A program made the translations under genes and the position numbers. Below the pieces are notes generated by a model, which saw nothing but the letters and a program-made list of their open reading frames with translations, was not told the DNA's origin and did not search any database. A stretch of 64,000 bases of DNA from Alphaproteobacteria bacterium (GTDB lineage Bacteria > Pseudomonadota > Alphaproteobacteria > JBFXJJ01): the NCBI GenBank assembly GCA_050175015.1, contig JBFXJJ010000006.1, positions 1 to 64,000 on the forward strand, in the 5' to 3' direction. This document shows, in pieces, positions 19,964 through 30,839 of the stretch; within the stretch, counting starts at the first letter, position 1, and every line of letters starts with the position of its first letter.

Positions 19964-22117
19964 TTAAACACTAGCCCTCTTCACTGAACTAATCACAGGA
20001 AGTGCTCTTAATGCTGCTATAATGCTTGTTAAATGCTTGGCATCTTTAACCTCGATATCTACAATCATTTCATAGATATTAGAAGTTCTATTGGTTATTT
20101 TTAAGTTAGCAATGTTGCCCATATTTTTAGCTATCATATTAGTAAGACTGGCTAAACTTCCAGCTTCGTTCACAATAAGAATTTTTAACCTTCCAATATG
20201 GATTTGGTTTTCAACATTTTCACTATTCCAAGAAACATCAAGCCAGCGTTCAGGTTCCTCAGAAAATTTTTCAAGCGTCGGGCAATCTATAGAGTGAATA
20301 GTTACCCCTTTGCCTGTAGTTACAATGCCGACGATTCTATCTCCTGGCAAAGGATGGCAGCACTTAGCAAAGTTAATCGCCATTCCAGGAATAAGCCCTT
20401 TAATAGGCATATTAGTTTCTGTTTTAGGTTTTTTTACAACCTTTTTCTGACCTACTTTGCGAATAGTTTCTACAACTTTATTCAAGGTAGAGGTTTTGTG
20501 GAGTGGGTAGACTGTTACAAATACATCTTTAGGGTTTAGAATTCCTTCACCAACCATAGCATAAAGATCTTCAATTTCTTCAGCCTTAAAGTTTTTCAAA
20601 ACTTCAGCTATGCCTTTTTCTGAAAAATCGTAACCTTCAGCTTTAAATGTTTTTTGCAAAATTTGCTTGCCGACATCAGTAAATTGGTCTCTCTTCTGAG
20701 CTCTTACAAACTTCCTTATTGCTGCCCTCGCCTTACCCGTAACCACAAAGCATTCCCAGTTAGGCGATGGCGTTTGAGCTTTTGACGTCAAAATTTCTAC
20801 TTGATCACCATTGGTCAGTATTGTCCTCAAAGGACGCATTCTGCCATTAATTTTACAGCCAACACATTTATTGCCGACGGCAGAGTGAACAGCATAAGCA
20901 AAATCAACGGGCGTCGCATCAGCAGGAAGCGTAATTAAATCGCCTTTAGGAGAAAAACAAAAAACTTGGTCTTGAAACATCTCAAGCTTCGTATTTTCTA
21001 AAAATTCTTCAGGGTTAGCGGTTTGATCAAGAATTTCTAACAGTTCTCGCAGCCATCTGAACTGCTTGCCCTCAATATTAGAACCTTGTTTATATTTCCA
21101 GTGAGCAGCAACACCAAACTCAGCAATTTCGTGCATATTTTTTGTTCTTATTTGAACTTCTATACGCTGTTTTTCAGGACCAATAACGCCTGTATGAAGA
21201 GATTGATAGCCATTAGGCTTAGGTGTTGAAATATAATCCGTAAAACGGTTTGGTATCATTGGATATTTGCTATGAATAATACCAAGAGCCTGATAGCACT
21301 CACCAATATTATCAACAATAATACGAAATGCCATAATATCAAAAATTTGCTCAAAATTGGTATTTTGGCGCTGCATCTTACGCCATATAGAATAAGGTGT
21401 TTTTTCGCGCCCATCTATATTTGTTTTTAGTCCGCCCTCTTCCATATCTTTATTGAGTTTATCAATAACATTTGGAACCATATCTCCGCCTAATTCTCTT
21501 AAGAATTTTAAGCGGGCAATGATAGATTCATAAGCATCGGGGTGCAGAACAGAAAAAGCAAGCCCTTCAAGTTCTGTTTTCATCTCCTGCATACCGATTC
21601 TTTCGGCTAAAGGAGCATAAATTTCCATGGTCTCTAAGGCTATTCTTTTTCTTTTTTCAGGCTTTTGAATAAAATGAAGCGTTCTCATATTATGCAGACG
21701 GTCAGCAAGCTTAACCAAAAGAACCCTTATATCCTCTGACATTGCCAAAACAAGCTTACGGAAATTTTCTGCCTGCTTAGCCTGTTCTGATGATAGTTGG
21801 ATTTTTGCAAGTTTGGTGACACCGTCAACTAATTGAGCGATTTCTAGGCCAAACATTTCTTTAATATCGTCGAACGTCGTAGGAGTGTCTTCAACAACAT
21901 CGTGCAAAAGGGCTGTGATAATTGATGCGCAGTCAAGTTTATATTCTGTTAAAATACCAGCGACTTCTACAGGGTGTGAGAAATAGGGATCTCCAGATGC
22001 ACGAAGCTGCGAGCCATGCATTTTCATTGCATAAACATATGCTCGGTTTAACGCATCTTCATCTGCATTAGGATCGTAAGAGCAGACTCTTTCGACCAGT
22101 TCAAACTGCCGCATCAT
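19964..22117 (-). CDS. spoT: Bifunctional (p)ppGpp synthetase/hydrolase
   Basis: HD domain (LLHDVVED), synthetase, TGS and ACT domains. Confidence 0.96.
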   Translation of the reverse strand: MMRQFELVERVCSYDPNADEDALNRAYVYAMKMHGSQLRASGDPYFSHPVEVAGILTEYKLDCASIITALLHDVVEDTPTTFDDIKEMFGLEIAQLVDGVTKLAKIQLSSEQAKQAENFRKLVLAMSEDIRVLLVKLADRLHNMRTLHFIQKPEKRKRIALETMEIYAPLAERIGMQEMKTELEGLAFSVLHPDAYESIIARLKFLRELGGDMVPNVIDKLNKDMEEGGLKTNIDGREKTPYSIWRKMQRQNTNFEQIFDIMAFRIIVDNIGECYQALGIIHSKYPMIPNRFTDYISTPKPNGYQSLHTGVIGPEKQRIEVQIRTKNMHEIAEFGVAAHWKYKQGSNIEGKQFRWLRELLEILDQTANPEEFLENTKLEMFQDQVFCFSPKGDLITLPADATPVDFAYAVHSAVGNKCVGCKINGRMRPLRTILTNGDQVEILTSKAQTPSPNWECFVVTGKARAAIRKFVRAQKRDQFTDVGKQILQKTFKAEGYDFSEKGIAEVLKNFKAEEIEDLYAMVGEGILNPKDVFVTVYPLHKTSTLNKVVETIRKVGQKKVVKKPKTETNMPIKGLIPGMAINFAKCCHPLPGDRIVGIVTTGKGVTIHSIDCPTLEKFSEEPERWLDVSWNSENVENQIHIGRLKILIVNEAGSLASLTNMIAKNMGNIANLKITNRTSNIYEMIVDIEVKDAKHLTSIIAALRALPVISSVKRASV

Positions 22118-22222
22118 AACAGCACCTGCCTACATGATGCCAAACAATCACAAAAAGATTTTACACTTGTACTTAAGACAACAAAGCACGGAAAAGCATA
22201 ATTTTGTGGCTTCTTGGCTTCA

Positions 22223-22687
22223 TTATATATCTTCTGAATTGTCAAAATCCTCAAAATCAGAATCATCTTCATCATCAGCGAAACCATCATAATCATCTTC
22301 GCCTGAAGCTTCTTCTTCTTCTTCATTAAGATCGCTTTCTTCTTCTATGATTGAGAGCCCATCTTCATCAATAGCTACACTTTCAAAAGCTTCATCAAGT
22401 TCAGCAAGTTCTCTTTCAACTTGAATATCTTCACTTTCGTGTTCTTCTGGCTCTTGAATTTCAACATATTTTTGGAGTCCTAAAACCAAAGATTTTTGAA
22501 CTTCATCAATGCTTATAGTGTTTTCTGCAATTTCTCTCAAAGCTACGACAGGGCTCTTGTCATTGTCTTTATCTACAGTAAGAGGTGAGCCTGCGCCAAT
22601 ATCTCTTGCTCTTTGAGAAGCTACTAAGACTAATTCAAAACGATTAGGTATTTTTAAGATACAATCTTCAACTGTTACACGTGCCAT
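22223..22687 (-). CDS. rpoZ: RNA polymerase omega subunit with acidic tail
   Basis: [23 protein letters not shown]. Confidence 0.96.
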   Translation of the reverse strand: MARVTVEDCILKIPNRFELVLVASQRARDIGAGSPLTVDKDNDKSPVVALREIAENTISIDEVQKSLVLGLQKYVEIQEPEEHESEDIQVERELAELDEAFESVAIDEDGLSIIEEESDLNEEEEEASGEDDYDGFADDEDDSDFEDFDNSEDI

Positions 22688-22854
22688 TTTAGATCTCTTT
22701 TTTAGGTATGAGGTAATATATTACGAAAGTTTGTTATACATTGATTTTCACTATCAAATCAATAGTTTTGTTTTGATTTTTTGCATTTTATATCATTATA
22801 ATTATGAAGTTTTCTTAATGTTTACCTTATATTTTATATTTGAAAGATTGTTTT

Positions 22855-23508
22855 ATGTATCAAGAACCCGAAAAAAGCTGCTCTTTATGCCCAAGACTGA
22901 AAGACTTTAGAGATGAAAACCAAAAACAATATCCCTGTTTTTTCAATGCTCCCGTTCCATCATTCGGTTCGCTTGATGCCTCAATATTAATTGTTGGACT
23001 TGCTCCTGGATTGAAAGGGGCAAACGCCACAGGACGGCCTTTTACGGGTGATTATGCAGGAAAACTTCTGTATTCTTCTTTAAAAAAATTTAATCTTTTA
23101 GAAGGTGAATATCGTGAAGATCCGAATGATGGAGTTGTTTTACAAAACTGCCGCATAACAAATGCGGTTAAGTGCGTTCCCCCCAAAAACAAAACAACGC
23201 CGCAAGAAGAGAAAAACTGTGGTCATTTTTTAATACAAGAAATAAAAAATATGCCTAATTTAAAAGGCATCTTTTGTTTAGGAAATACTGCTCATTCTGC
23301 GGTTTTATCCGCACTTGGCTTAAAAAAGAGTGCTGTAAAATTTAAACACGGCGCTATTAATGAAATAAAACCTGAAACAAAAGAATTGAATAAGCTAGGC
23401 TTTATTATGGCAAGCAGTTACCATAGTTCAAGATATAATGTTAATACAAACCGCATAACACAAGAAATGCTTGACGATGTTTTTGAAAAACTGTTGGCTA
23501 AAATCTAA
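22855..23508 (+). CDS. Uracil-DNA glycosylase (Fe-S, family 4/5)
   Basis: CSLCPRL, GLAPG, NATGRPFTGD, SYHSS; start either 22840 or 22855. Confidence 0.9.
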   Translation: MYQEPEKSCSLCPRLKDFRDENQKQYPCFFNAPVPSFGSLDASILIVGLAPGLKGANATGRPFTGDYAGKLLYSSLKKFNLLEGEYREDPNDGVVLQNCRITNAVKCVPPKNKTTPQEEKNCGHFLIQEIKNMPNLKGIFCLGNTAHSAVLSALGLKKSAVKFKHGAINEIKPETKELNKLGFIMASSYHSSRYNVNTNRITQEMLDDVFEKLLAKI

Positions 23509-23656
23509 TCGTTAGAGCAATGTCAATTAATATGAAATCGCTTAAGTTTATAAAAACTTTTGCTCTTGCTTTTATCAAAAGCAAGAACTTGCCCGTTAAT
23601 ACTTGCTGTAAAAAAATAAAAACATCAGATTAAATGCAGAGCGTTTCTAAACTTTA

Positions 23657-24403
23657 TTACCCTTGGCTTTCTCGATAAGTAACAAGCTCTTTAACAATGC
23701 CGTGAAGCGTTTGAACTTCTTGTTTGGTTAGGTTTGCTTTTATAAACATATTTCTAATGTTGCGCACCATTCTCTCTCTTTTTTCTGCCACTCTCAAATG
23801 ACCGCAATTATCCAACTCTTTTTCTAAATGACTAAAGAAATTAAGCAAATCAGCTTTCTCTGCCAGCTCAGTATTGCCTAAATTTAAAAAAGCCTTTTCA
23901 GAATTATGTGAAGCTTTAAACCACTCGTAGCCAACCACTAATACGGCTTGTGCTAAATTAAGAGAACAGTAATTCGGATTTAAAGGAATTTCAATTATAG
24001 CATTACTTAAAGCAACATGCTCATTTTCAAGACCAGTACGTTCTTTTCCAAAAACTATTGCACATTTTAAATTTTGAGAAAGATTACCAAAGGTTTTTTT
24101 GGCAGCTTCATCTGGAGTATAAATTTCTTTAATCATATCTCTTCTTCTAGCTGTTGTTGCTAAAACATAGTTAAAATCAGAGATTGCTTCTTCAAAAGTT
24201 TCAAACACTTTTGCATTCTCTAGCACGACTTTTGCGCCTGATGACATCGCAACAGCTTTATCACTTAAATGATTTTCTCTTGGTTTTACAAGAATAAGGT
24301 CTGTCAGCCCGCAATTAAGCATCGCCCTGGCTGTTCCGCCGACGTTTTCTGCCATTTGAGGATTAACTAAAATTATTGTTGGTTTTGATAGCTCGTTATT
24401 AAT
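23657..24403 (-). CDS. trmJ: TrmJ/LasT-family SPOUT RNA methyltransferase, probable non-AUG start
   Basis: FGKERTGL, SLNLAQAV; conserved PTIILVNPQ lies upstream of the first ATG (24355). Confidence 0.85.
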   Translation of the reverse strand: MNNELSKPTIILVNPQMAENVGGTARAMLNCGLTDLILVKPRENHLSDKAVAMSSGAKVVLENAKVFETFEEAISDFNYVLATTARRRDMIKEIYTPDEAAKKTFGNLSQNLKCAIVFGKERTGLENEHVALSNAIIEIPLNPNYCSLNLAQAVLVVGYEWFKASHNSEKAFLNLGNTELAEKADLLNFFSHLEKELDNCGHLRVAEKRERMVRNIRNMFIKANLTKQEVQTLHGIVKELVTYRESQG

Positions 24404-24453
24404 TGTTATTATCCTTTATCTAACCACAAAGAATCCTTTGCCAAAGCCTTAAA

Positions 24454-25023
24454 CTATTTAGAAATCAAATTTAAAGATGTTCCTAAAATATTTTCGGTTG
24501 TCATACCAGAGCTGTCTTCAGCATCTTGGATAACGGTGGCTAAAACATTGCTCAAAGGATCAGAACCGCCTTTTTTGACTTCTTTAAGGGCTTTCATAAT
24601 CTTTTTTCTTAATTTAGCTGGAGCTGTTTTAATAAAATTATCAAACGAAGGAGGAATGTTATAACCAAGACTTCTTAAATGGTTTGTCATAACCAACATA
24701 TTATTGATGTTGACTTCAGGAGCGATTGCGTCTTGCCCCATAGCAGTATTCCACGTTGTTGACTGACCTGTATATTGAGGTCTGTAATTGGTGATTCTAG
24801 CATCAGTATTGGAATTGACACCATTAATCGAATTACCACTGCCACGCCAAGGATCTGATGGCAGACCGCTTTTTGTCGTAACAGTTGACTGCTCTTGAAC
24901 CGTAACCGCCTGCTGCGTTGCCCACGGATTTACGGGCAAACTGTCGGCTATAGCACTAGCAGAAACCATAAGTGAGGCCGCAAAAGCCAATGTATAAGAT
25001 GTTTTTATTAAGCTGGAGTTCAT
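24454..25023 (-). CDS. Hypothetical secreted protein
   Basis: Signal peptide ending AIA; GGGGG RBS. Confidence 0.7.
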   Translation of the reverse strand: MNSSLIKTSYTLAFAASLMVSASAIADSLPVNPWATQQAVTVQEQSTVTTKSGLPSDPWRGSGNSINGVNSNTDARITNYRPQYTGQSTTWNTAMGQDAIAPEVNINNMLVMTNHLRSLGYNIPPSFDNFIKTAPAKLRKKIMKALKEVKKGGSDPLSNVLATVIQDAEDSSGMTTENILGTSLNLISK

Positions 25024-25151
25024 TTTAGACCCCCTAAAAATTAAACTACATAAATTATCAACAACTTCTATTATAATACAACATATTCATAATATAAATA
25101 GTTACAATAAAAAGAAAGTTTTATGTATTTTTTTTCAAAATACAATAAACC

Positions 25152-28100
25152 TTAGTTTTCAAAACGCCCTAAAGCTTTGGAAAGTGTGAGGTAGAGTTTT
25201 CCTGAATCTGAGCTTGAAATAAATGCAATCAAAACATCTGACCTCTCACTTGAACGAGCTCTAGCTATCAAGGTATCAAATTCGGCAATGAATCTTGTTA
25301 TGTATCCTCTAAATTCAGAATCTTCTTCAAACTGCTCTTTTATTGCTGAAATTTGGCTCTTTGTCATCGCTCTATTCAGATGCCTCATAAAGACAGCGTG
25401 ATCTCCCGCATAATACTTTTTCCAAAGCTCATCTTCAGCATCAGGCTCGAATATACGAGTAATATCAACAGCCAAAGACTGCAACCTCTCATTAATAAAG
25501 CTGGCATCTTTTAAGAATTTATCCGTGGTACCTTCAGCCTGCTTTTTCTCAATTTCTGTAAGTTGTAATTCAGCCTTTTTAGAAGCATCAAGTAAATCTT
25601 TAACCTGTTTAGTAAACGCATCACCCAATTTTAATGATGAATTAGTAACTTTTTCACCTGTTTGATAAAGATTTTCAGCATTATTCTTTAATATACTAAG
25701 CAATGAAGAGAGCTTTTCTAATGCAATATCTGCAGCTTCTGATAAAGCTTCAGACTGTCTCAAGAAAATTTCACCAGAATCACGAACATCTGCCGCAATT
25801 CTTTCAGAATTATTAGCAACCTCTCCTATTGTTGAACGTAATTTATCGCCTGAAACCTCAACTTGAGCCGCACTTCTACTTGCCAAGTCCTCGAATTCCC
25901 TGCCAAGAGTACGTAAAACTTCGCCCAAATTGCGTACTTTTTCAGCGGATTCATCTGAAATTTTATTAAAGTCAAGAGAACGATCACGTAGAGATTGCCC
26001 AAATGCTTTAACAGCCTTCTGCGCTTCCTCTGAAATTCTAATAAGTTGATCACTTTGAGCTGATATGGAATCGCCAACGCTTAATATTCTGCTGGAAGCA
26101 TCGTCCGTGGCTTTAACGATATCATCGTGCTTAGCCCCAAAAACAATGCCCACTTCTTGCAATTTATCAAGAGATAAGGCTGTAACTTCAACCAGGCGGT
26201 CAGCTTTGTTATCAAGAATAGAACCCATCTCTTCTGTTTTTCTAATCATTTCTCCAGCTGTCTTGGTTGCTTCTTCACTTTTTTGCTTCAAGCTCTCACT
26301 AACAGCTTCTAAATCAAAACTAATTCTTGAGGAAGATGATAAAAGATCATTGGTATTAGTTTTAAGAACATCGTTGATGGTCTTAATCCTTGTCATGACA
26401 TCATCTGCCGCATCACTCAAATAACGTGCTTGTTGAGATAGCGACGCTTCTCCAAGTCTAGTCTGCGTTGTAACAACATTGGCAATATCAGCAAGCTCTT
26501 CCGTCTGACGTCCCAAAGTATTTTGAATCATATTAATTTGATTATTAACCTTAGATGCGGCTTGATCTAACGTTTCGATATGCTTGCCAATATCATTGCC
26601 AATAGCGTTAGCCTTATGGGCAACATTATCGCCACAAGCAACAAGATCTGTACATTTGGTTTCAACTATACTGGCAGCGGCAACAGCTTTTTGACTTGCT
26701 GAATCTGTTGATTTATTAAACTCTTCAACCGTTTTGTTAAATACGCCAGATAATTCGAACAATCTTTCTTTAGTATTTTGAGCTGAACTATCAAGTTGTT
26801 TAGTCTGTCTTGCTATGACATCGCCAACTTCAGAAAGCTGCTGAATAGATTTTTCTGAAACATTAACAATATCCTTGGTTTGAACTCCGAGACCTTCTTC
26901 AATAATTTCGATACGAGACAATATCTTATCAGCATCTTGGTCCAGCTGTATTGCTTGATTTCTAAGCGACGATGTAATCTTGCTAGTTTGATTCGACAAT
27001 CTCTCTGAGGCTTCCGACAACATAATTTCTTGCCTTTTAAACAAAATATCAAGGCTTTCAGATCTTTCAGAAAGCGATTGTGCGGCATCACTAATTTGAG
27101 TTACTGATTTATCGGCAGTCGTAGACAATATAACCGCTTGAGTTTCCAAAGTTTTAAGTGTCTGCTCGGCTGTAAGCTGAACATTATCGCTAGATCTTTC
27201 CACGGCGTCATTTTGGCGGTTTAAAATTTCTGATATTTTCTCAACCGTATCCATAATACGATTTCTTGTCTTTTCAAGACGTTCATCCTGCTGAGCCATT
27301 TCCTCACTAAATGTTTTGGCAATGCTCAAAGCTTTTTCCGATGTGTTATCAAAATTGCTAGATTCGCGATGCATAAGCTCTGATGCTTTTTCCGTTTTTT
27401 GCTCAACGACAAGAGCCATATCCATAACTTCTTCCATTTGATTTTTTAACGATTTTACAGAAGATGCAACTTCCTGATCAACCATTGCCGAAGCCTTATA
27501 TAGATCTTCTATCTGCTTCTTCAGCTCGCTTTTTACTTCTTCTATACGGGCAAGAGAAGAACTGATATGGCGCTGTTGCTGGCTTAATGCCGCCTCACCT
27601 ATGCGTGACTGGGAAACAACAACAGATGAAATATCAGATAACTCTTCCGTTTGATTGCGTAAAGAAACTCTAATATTTTCAGCCATTCTTGAAACTTCAT
27701 TGGTTGCTTTAGATAGTGATTCTATTTGCTTAGCAGCCAAATCAGAAACAGAGTTAATCTTTCGATTAACATCGTCAGCAACTTTCATAAAATCTTGACA
27801 TCTAGCTTCAACGAAGTCTCCAGCACCACCAGCTTTAGCTGCCGCACCTTCTGCCGCTGCCGCAAGCTGTCCAGCCCTTCGACCAAAAATATCAGCAACT
27901 GATGCAACCTTAGTTTGAGCGTTCTCAGTGGCTTCAGAAATAGCTTCTGACTGCTGCTGAAAAATATTGCTGACATCTCTAAATCTTTCAAACATTGCTT
28001 GAGAAAACGCCTCTAAATCCCTGATTTGTATCGCTATTCCCTCTTCAACAACTCCAACTTTTGCCAAAGATTTTTCAGTCTGCTGTTCTATTATAATTCC

Positions 28101-29126
28101 CTGTTCACGATAACGATTGGTAATCATATCTGATTGCAAATCCATTTTCTCAATGGTATTGACCAAATATTCTTCCTGATTTTTAAAAATAGATTGAACA
28201 TCATGCAGCTTATTAGAAAGAGAAGTAACTATCTTCTCGGCTGTACCGTAAGAGTTATCTATAACATTTGATAATTCTTTAGTTTTACTTTCTAAAATCT
28301 TAGCAATATAATCTACGTGACCTTTAGATTCCTCACTAACGGTAAGCATTGAGGTGTTTTGCTCTCTGAATATAGCTTGAGCTTTTTCTGCATAGTCTTT
28401 CATTTTATCAGCAACGTCATTTAAAGATGACATATGTTCTTTAATTTCATCACCAAATTTAGAGGCTGAAGATAACGCGGTTTCCGTTGCAGAATCCAAA
28501 GTTCCCACCTGCCAACGTAAAACCTCTGCCGTGTCTTTTGCTTTTTCAGAAGCATTATCAGAAGACTTGATTAAATTTTCAACTTGGCCAGCAAGCTCTT
28601 CAACTGAAACCTTAGTTATATTTTCTAATCTATTGGAAAGGTTATTAAATTCCTCTATTCTTAAGCTGACTTTATCTAATACTTCACTAGCCTTATAATC
28701 AGCTTCACTAAAGGCGCCCAGCATCTCATCTAATTGTTTTTTTACTTCAACCGCAGTGGTTTTATCTATCCCTTTGCCTGAAACTAAAGATAAACCCTCA
28801 ATTTGAGACTGCAACTTTTCCATTCTTTCTCCAACTATATCTTTGTTAGAGTATTGACTTATAATAAGCCAAAGAATCAAAACAGGCATTGCTATGCCTG
28901 CAACAAGTCCGCCAAATTCATGCGGCAGCAGCATCATTATATTTTTCCAACCAACATTAAAAATATAGGTTGCAGAAAGCCCTATCCAAAAACCTGTTAC
29001 CACAACACCTATAATATACGATGTTAAAATATGGTTATTTTGCTCGCCAAACGCAGCATCAATAACATCTTTAGAATCAGAATTTTTATAATTTCTTCTG
29101 CTATTTTGCACCTGAATCTCGGACAT
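25152..29126 (-). CDS. Membrane-anchored coiled-coil protein, TipN/GPR(RgsE)-like polar scaffold
   Basis: 2 N-terminal TM segments, ~1100 aa of helical repeats, C-terminal SLAVDITR...SSDSGKLYLTLSKALGR domain. Confidence 0.7.
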   Translation of the reverse strand: MSEIQVQNSRRNYKNSDSKDVIDAAFGEQNNHILTSYIIGVVVTGFWIGLSATYIFNVGWKNIMMLLPHEFGGLVAGIAMPVLILWLIISQYSNKDIVGERMEKLQSQIEGLSLVSGKGIDKTTAVEVKKQLDEMLGAFSEADYKASEVLDKVSLRIEEFNNLSNRLENITKVSVEELAGQVENLIKSSDNASEKAKDTAEVLRWQVGTLDSATETALSSASKFGDEIKEHMSSLNDVADKMKDYAEKAQAIFREQNTSMLTVSEESKGHVDYIAKILESKTKELSNVIDNSYGTAEKIVTSLSNKLHDVQSIFKNQEEYLVNTIEKMDLQSDMITNRYREQGIIIEQQTEKSLAKVGVVEEGIAIQIRDLEAFSQAMFERFRDVSNIFQQQSEAISEATENAQTKVASVADIFGRRAGQLAAAAEGAAAKAGGAGDFVEARCQDFMKVADDVNRKINSVSDLAAKQIESLSKATNEVSRMAENIRVSLRNQTEELSDISSVVVSQSRIGEAALSQQQRHISSSLARIEEVKSELKKQIEDLYKASAMVDQEVASSVKSLKNQMEEVMDMALVVEQKTEKASELMHRESSNFDNTSEKALSIAKTFSEEMAQQDERLEKTRNRIMDTVEKISEILNRQNDAVERSSDNVQLTAEQTLKTLETQAVILSTTADKSVTQISDAAQSLSERSESLDILFKRQEIMLSEASERLSNQTSKITSSLRNQAIQLDQDADKILSRIEIIEEGLGVQTKDIVNVSEKSIQQLSEVGDVIARQTKQLDSSAQNTKERLFELSGVFNKTVEEFNKSTDSASQKAVAAASIVETKCTDLVACGDNVAHKANAIGNDIGKHIETLDQAASKVNNQINMIQNTLGRQTEELADIANVVTTQTRLGEASLSQQARYLSDAADDVMTRIKTINDVLKTNTNDLLSSSSRISFDLEAVSESLKQKSEEATKTAGEMIRKTEEMGSILDNKADRLVEVTALSLDKLQEVGIVFGAKHDDIVKATDDASSRILSVGDSISAQSDQLIRISEEAQKAVKAFGQSLRDRSLDFNKISDESAEKVRNLGEVLRTLGREFEDLASRSAAQVEVSGDKLRSTIGEVANNSERIAADVRDSGEIFLRQSEALSEAADIALEKLSSLLSILKNNAENLYQTGEKVTNSSLKLGDAFTKQVKDLLDASKKAELQLTEIEKKQAEGTTDKFLKDASFINERLQSLAVDITRIFEPDAEDELWKKYYAGDHAVFMRHLNRAMTKSQISAIKEQFEEDSEFRGYITRFIAEFDTLIARARSSERSDVLIAFISSSDSGKLYLTLSKALGRFEN

Positions 29127-29350
29127 ATAAAACCTTCCTTAAAGGAATTGCTAGTGGGATAAAAAAACAAACAGTTACAATTAAACTTTTTAATGCAAGC
29201 CTAAATAATATAGTTTTTTTAGATAATGTTAATTACAAAATAATCTTAATTATCTAAACACAAGATATTGAATGTTTCCCTTATTTTTTACTAAATTTAG
29301 CTACCTTTGAAAATTGTTTTGGGCTTCAAAACCTTGAATTATCCCCTGCT

Positions 29351-29359
29351 TGTGGATAA
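29351..29359 (-). promoter_or_regulatory. Perfect DnaA box (TTATCCACA)
   Basis: TGTGGATAA on the + strand, intergenic. Confidence 0.45.
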
Positions 29360-29458
29360 GTTTTTGAAACTATCACCAAATATCATCGCAAATTTTAAAA
29401 AAAATCTGTTAAATTTAATTTATTTGTGGTAGCTATTTTTAATGTAAATCTTCCTTAC

Positions 29459-29532
29459 TGGGGGATAGTTTAATGGTAGAACAGCGGACTCTGACTCCGT
29501 TAGTCTTGGTTCGAATCCAGGTCCCCCAGCCA
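29459..29532 (+). tRNA. tRNA-Gln(CTG)
   Basis: Cloverleaf: TGGGGGA/TCCCCCA acceptor, CT-CTG-AC loop, TTCGAAT, CCA end. Confidence 0.97.
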
Positions 29533-29615
29533 TATTAATGGCTTTATAAATATTTACGCTTGATTATATATTTAAAGCAAAACAGAGCTTTGATTGATTT
29601 TTAGAAAACTATAAT

Positions 29616-30587
29616 ATGGCAAATATCTTTGAACTTTTATTCAAGCCAAAAGAAGCAGACAGCCCAGATAAACTTGGTCTTTACCCTGAAAGAAATCACG
29701 TTCCTGCTCTTCCTGAACGGCGCTATCTTTTTACATCACGTTATCTTGTAGTGATATCTGTAATTAATGTCTGCATTACAATTATGCTTTCAAGTATTTT
29801 GTTTTATATCCTTCCTCAAAGAAGAATTGTCCCAAAACTGTTAGCTATTGATCACAGGTTTGATATTGTGAGCTTAATTGAACCTGATGAAAGACTTGTC
29901 GATTCTTTAGTATTAGCAACAGAAACTTATATCGCTGAATATATTTATTGGCGTCATTCAATAGTTCCCAATGTTAATGAAATGAATCGCAGGTGGGGAC
30001 CAGCCAGCCTTGTTTTTTGGTATTCTAATCTCAAATTATATCAAGAATTTGAACATACTTTTATGCCCAAAGATCTTGCTATGGCTCAAGAAGATGAAAT
30101 AACAAGAGAGGTTGAAATCAGAATGATTTCAAGAAGATATTATGGCATCTGGCGCGCCGAATTTTTAACCCATGATACCAGCCCTAATTTCAAAGGTACT
30201 AGAACTACTATCTGGAGAGCTTTAATTAATGTTGCCTTTATTAAAAGACCTTATCCAAACCAAGATGAAGCTATGAAAAACCCTCTAGACTTTACCGTTA
30301 TGAGCTATTCTTTATCTTCATTAGGAAGTCCAGATGATACTAAAACTGAAGCCGAAAAAGCAGCCGAAGCCGAGGCTGAAGAAGAAGCCGCTGAAGAAGA
30401 TGAATATTCAGAAGAAGATACGGAAACTGAAGATAGTTATAACAGTGAAGAAGAAGATACTTACAATAATACAACCGAGGAAGAAGAACCTCTTCCTGAA
30501 GAACCACCTGCTCCTCCTCAAAACATTAGCGAAGATGGGAAAAGAATGCTTTTCAAAAGCAACCCCGCTAAAGTCGAAAGACGTTAA
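29616..30587 (+). CDS. VirB8/TrbF-like protein with acidic C-terminal tail
   Basis: Single TM segment, periplasmic domain ending NPLDFTVMSY (VirB8 NPxGF.V..Y-like). Confidence 0.65.
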   Translation: MANIFELLFKPKEADSPDKLGLYPERNHVPALPERRYLFTSRYLVVISVINVCITIMLSSILFYILPQRRIVPKLLAIDHRFDIVSLIEPDERLVDSLVLATETYIAEYIYWRHSIVPNVNEMNRRWGPASLVFWYSNLKLYQEFEHTFMPKDLAMAQEDEITREVEIRMISRRYYGIWRAEFLTHDTSPNFKGTRTTIWRALINVAFIKRPYPNQDEAMKNPLDFTVMSYSLSSLGSPDDTKTEAEKAAEAEAEEEAAEEDEYSEEDTETEDSYNSEEEDTYNNTTEEEEPLPEEPPAPPQNISEDGKRMLFKSNPAKVERR

Positions 30588-30782
30588 GCTATTAGATATT
30601 AAGCTATTATAAATTTAAGACTTATACTTTTATCCTTATTTCAAATGCTTTTATTTTGCCTTACGGCAAATACCCGCAAGCAGCATAAAAGTAAAAACAA
30701 AACTTCGTCACATAGCTATAAATAGGTAAAATTAGAACAATTAATTTAAATAAATATAGCTCTATATTGTGCAGTTATACAT

Positions 30783-30820
30783 ACAAAAAAAAGAGAGTTT
30801 TAAAAACTCTCTTTTTTTGT
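30783..30820. terminator. Bidirectional intrinsic terminator
   Basis: A-tract-GAGAGTTT/AAACTCTC-T-tract between convergent genes. Confidence 0.8.
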
Positions 30821-30839
30821 TTGTCATTTTAAAACGTTA

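Noticed and set aside
29339-29359. Replication origin
   Set aside because: Only one perfect DnaA box and no origin-typical gene context
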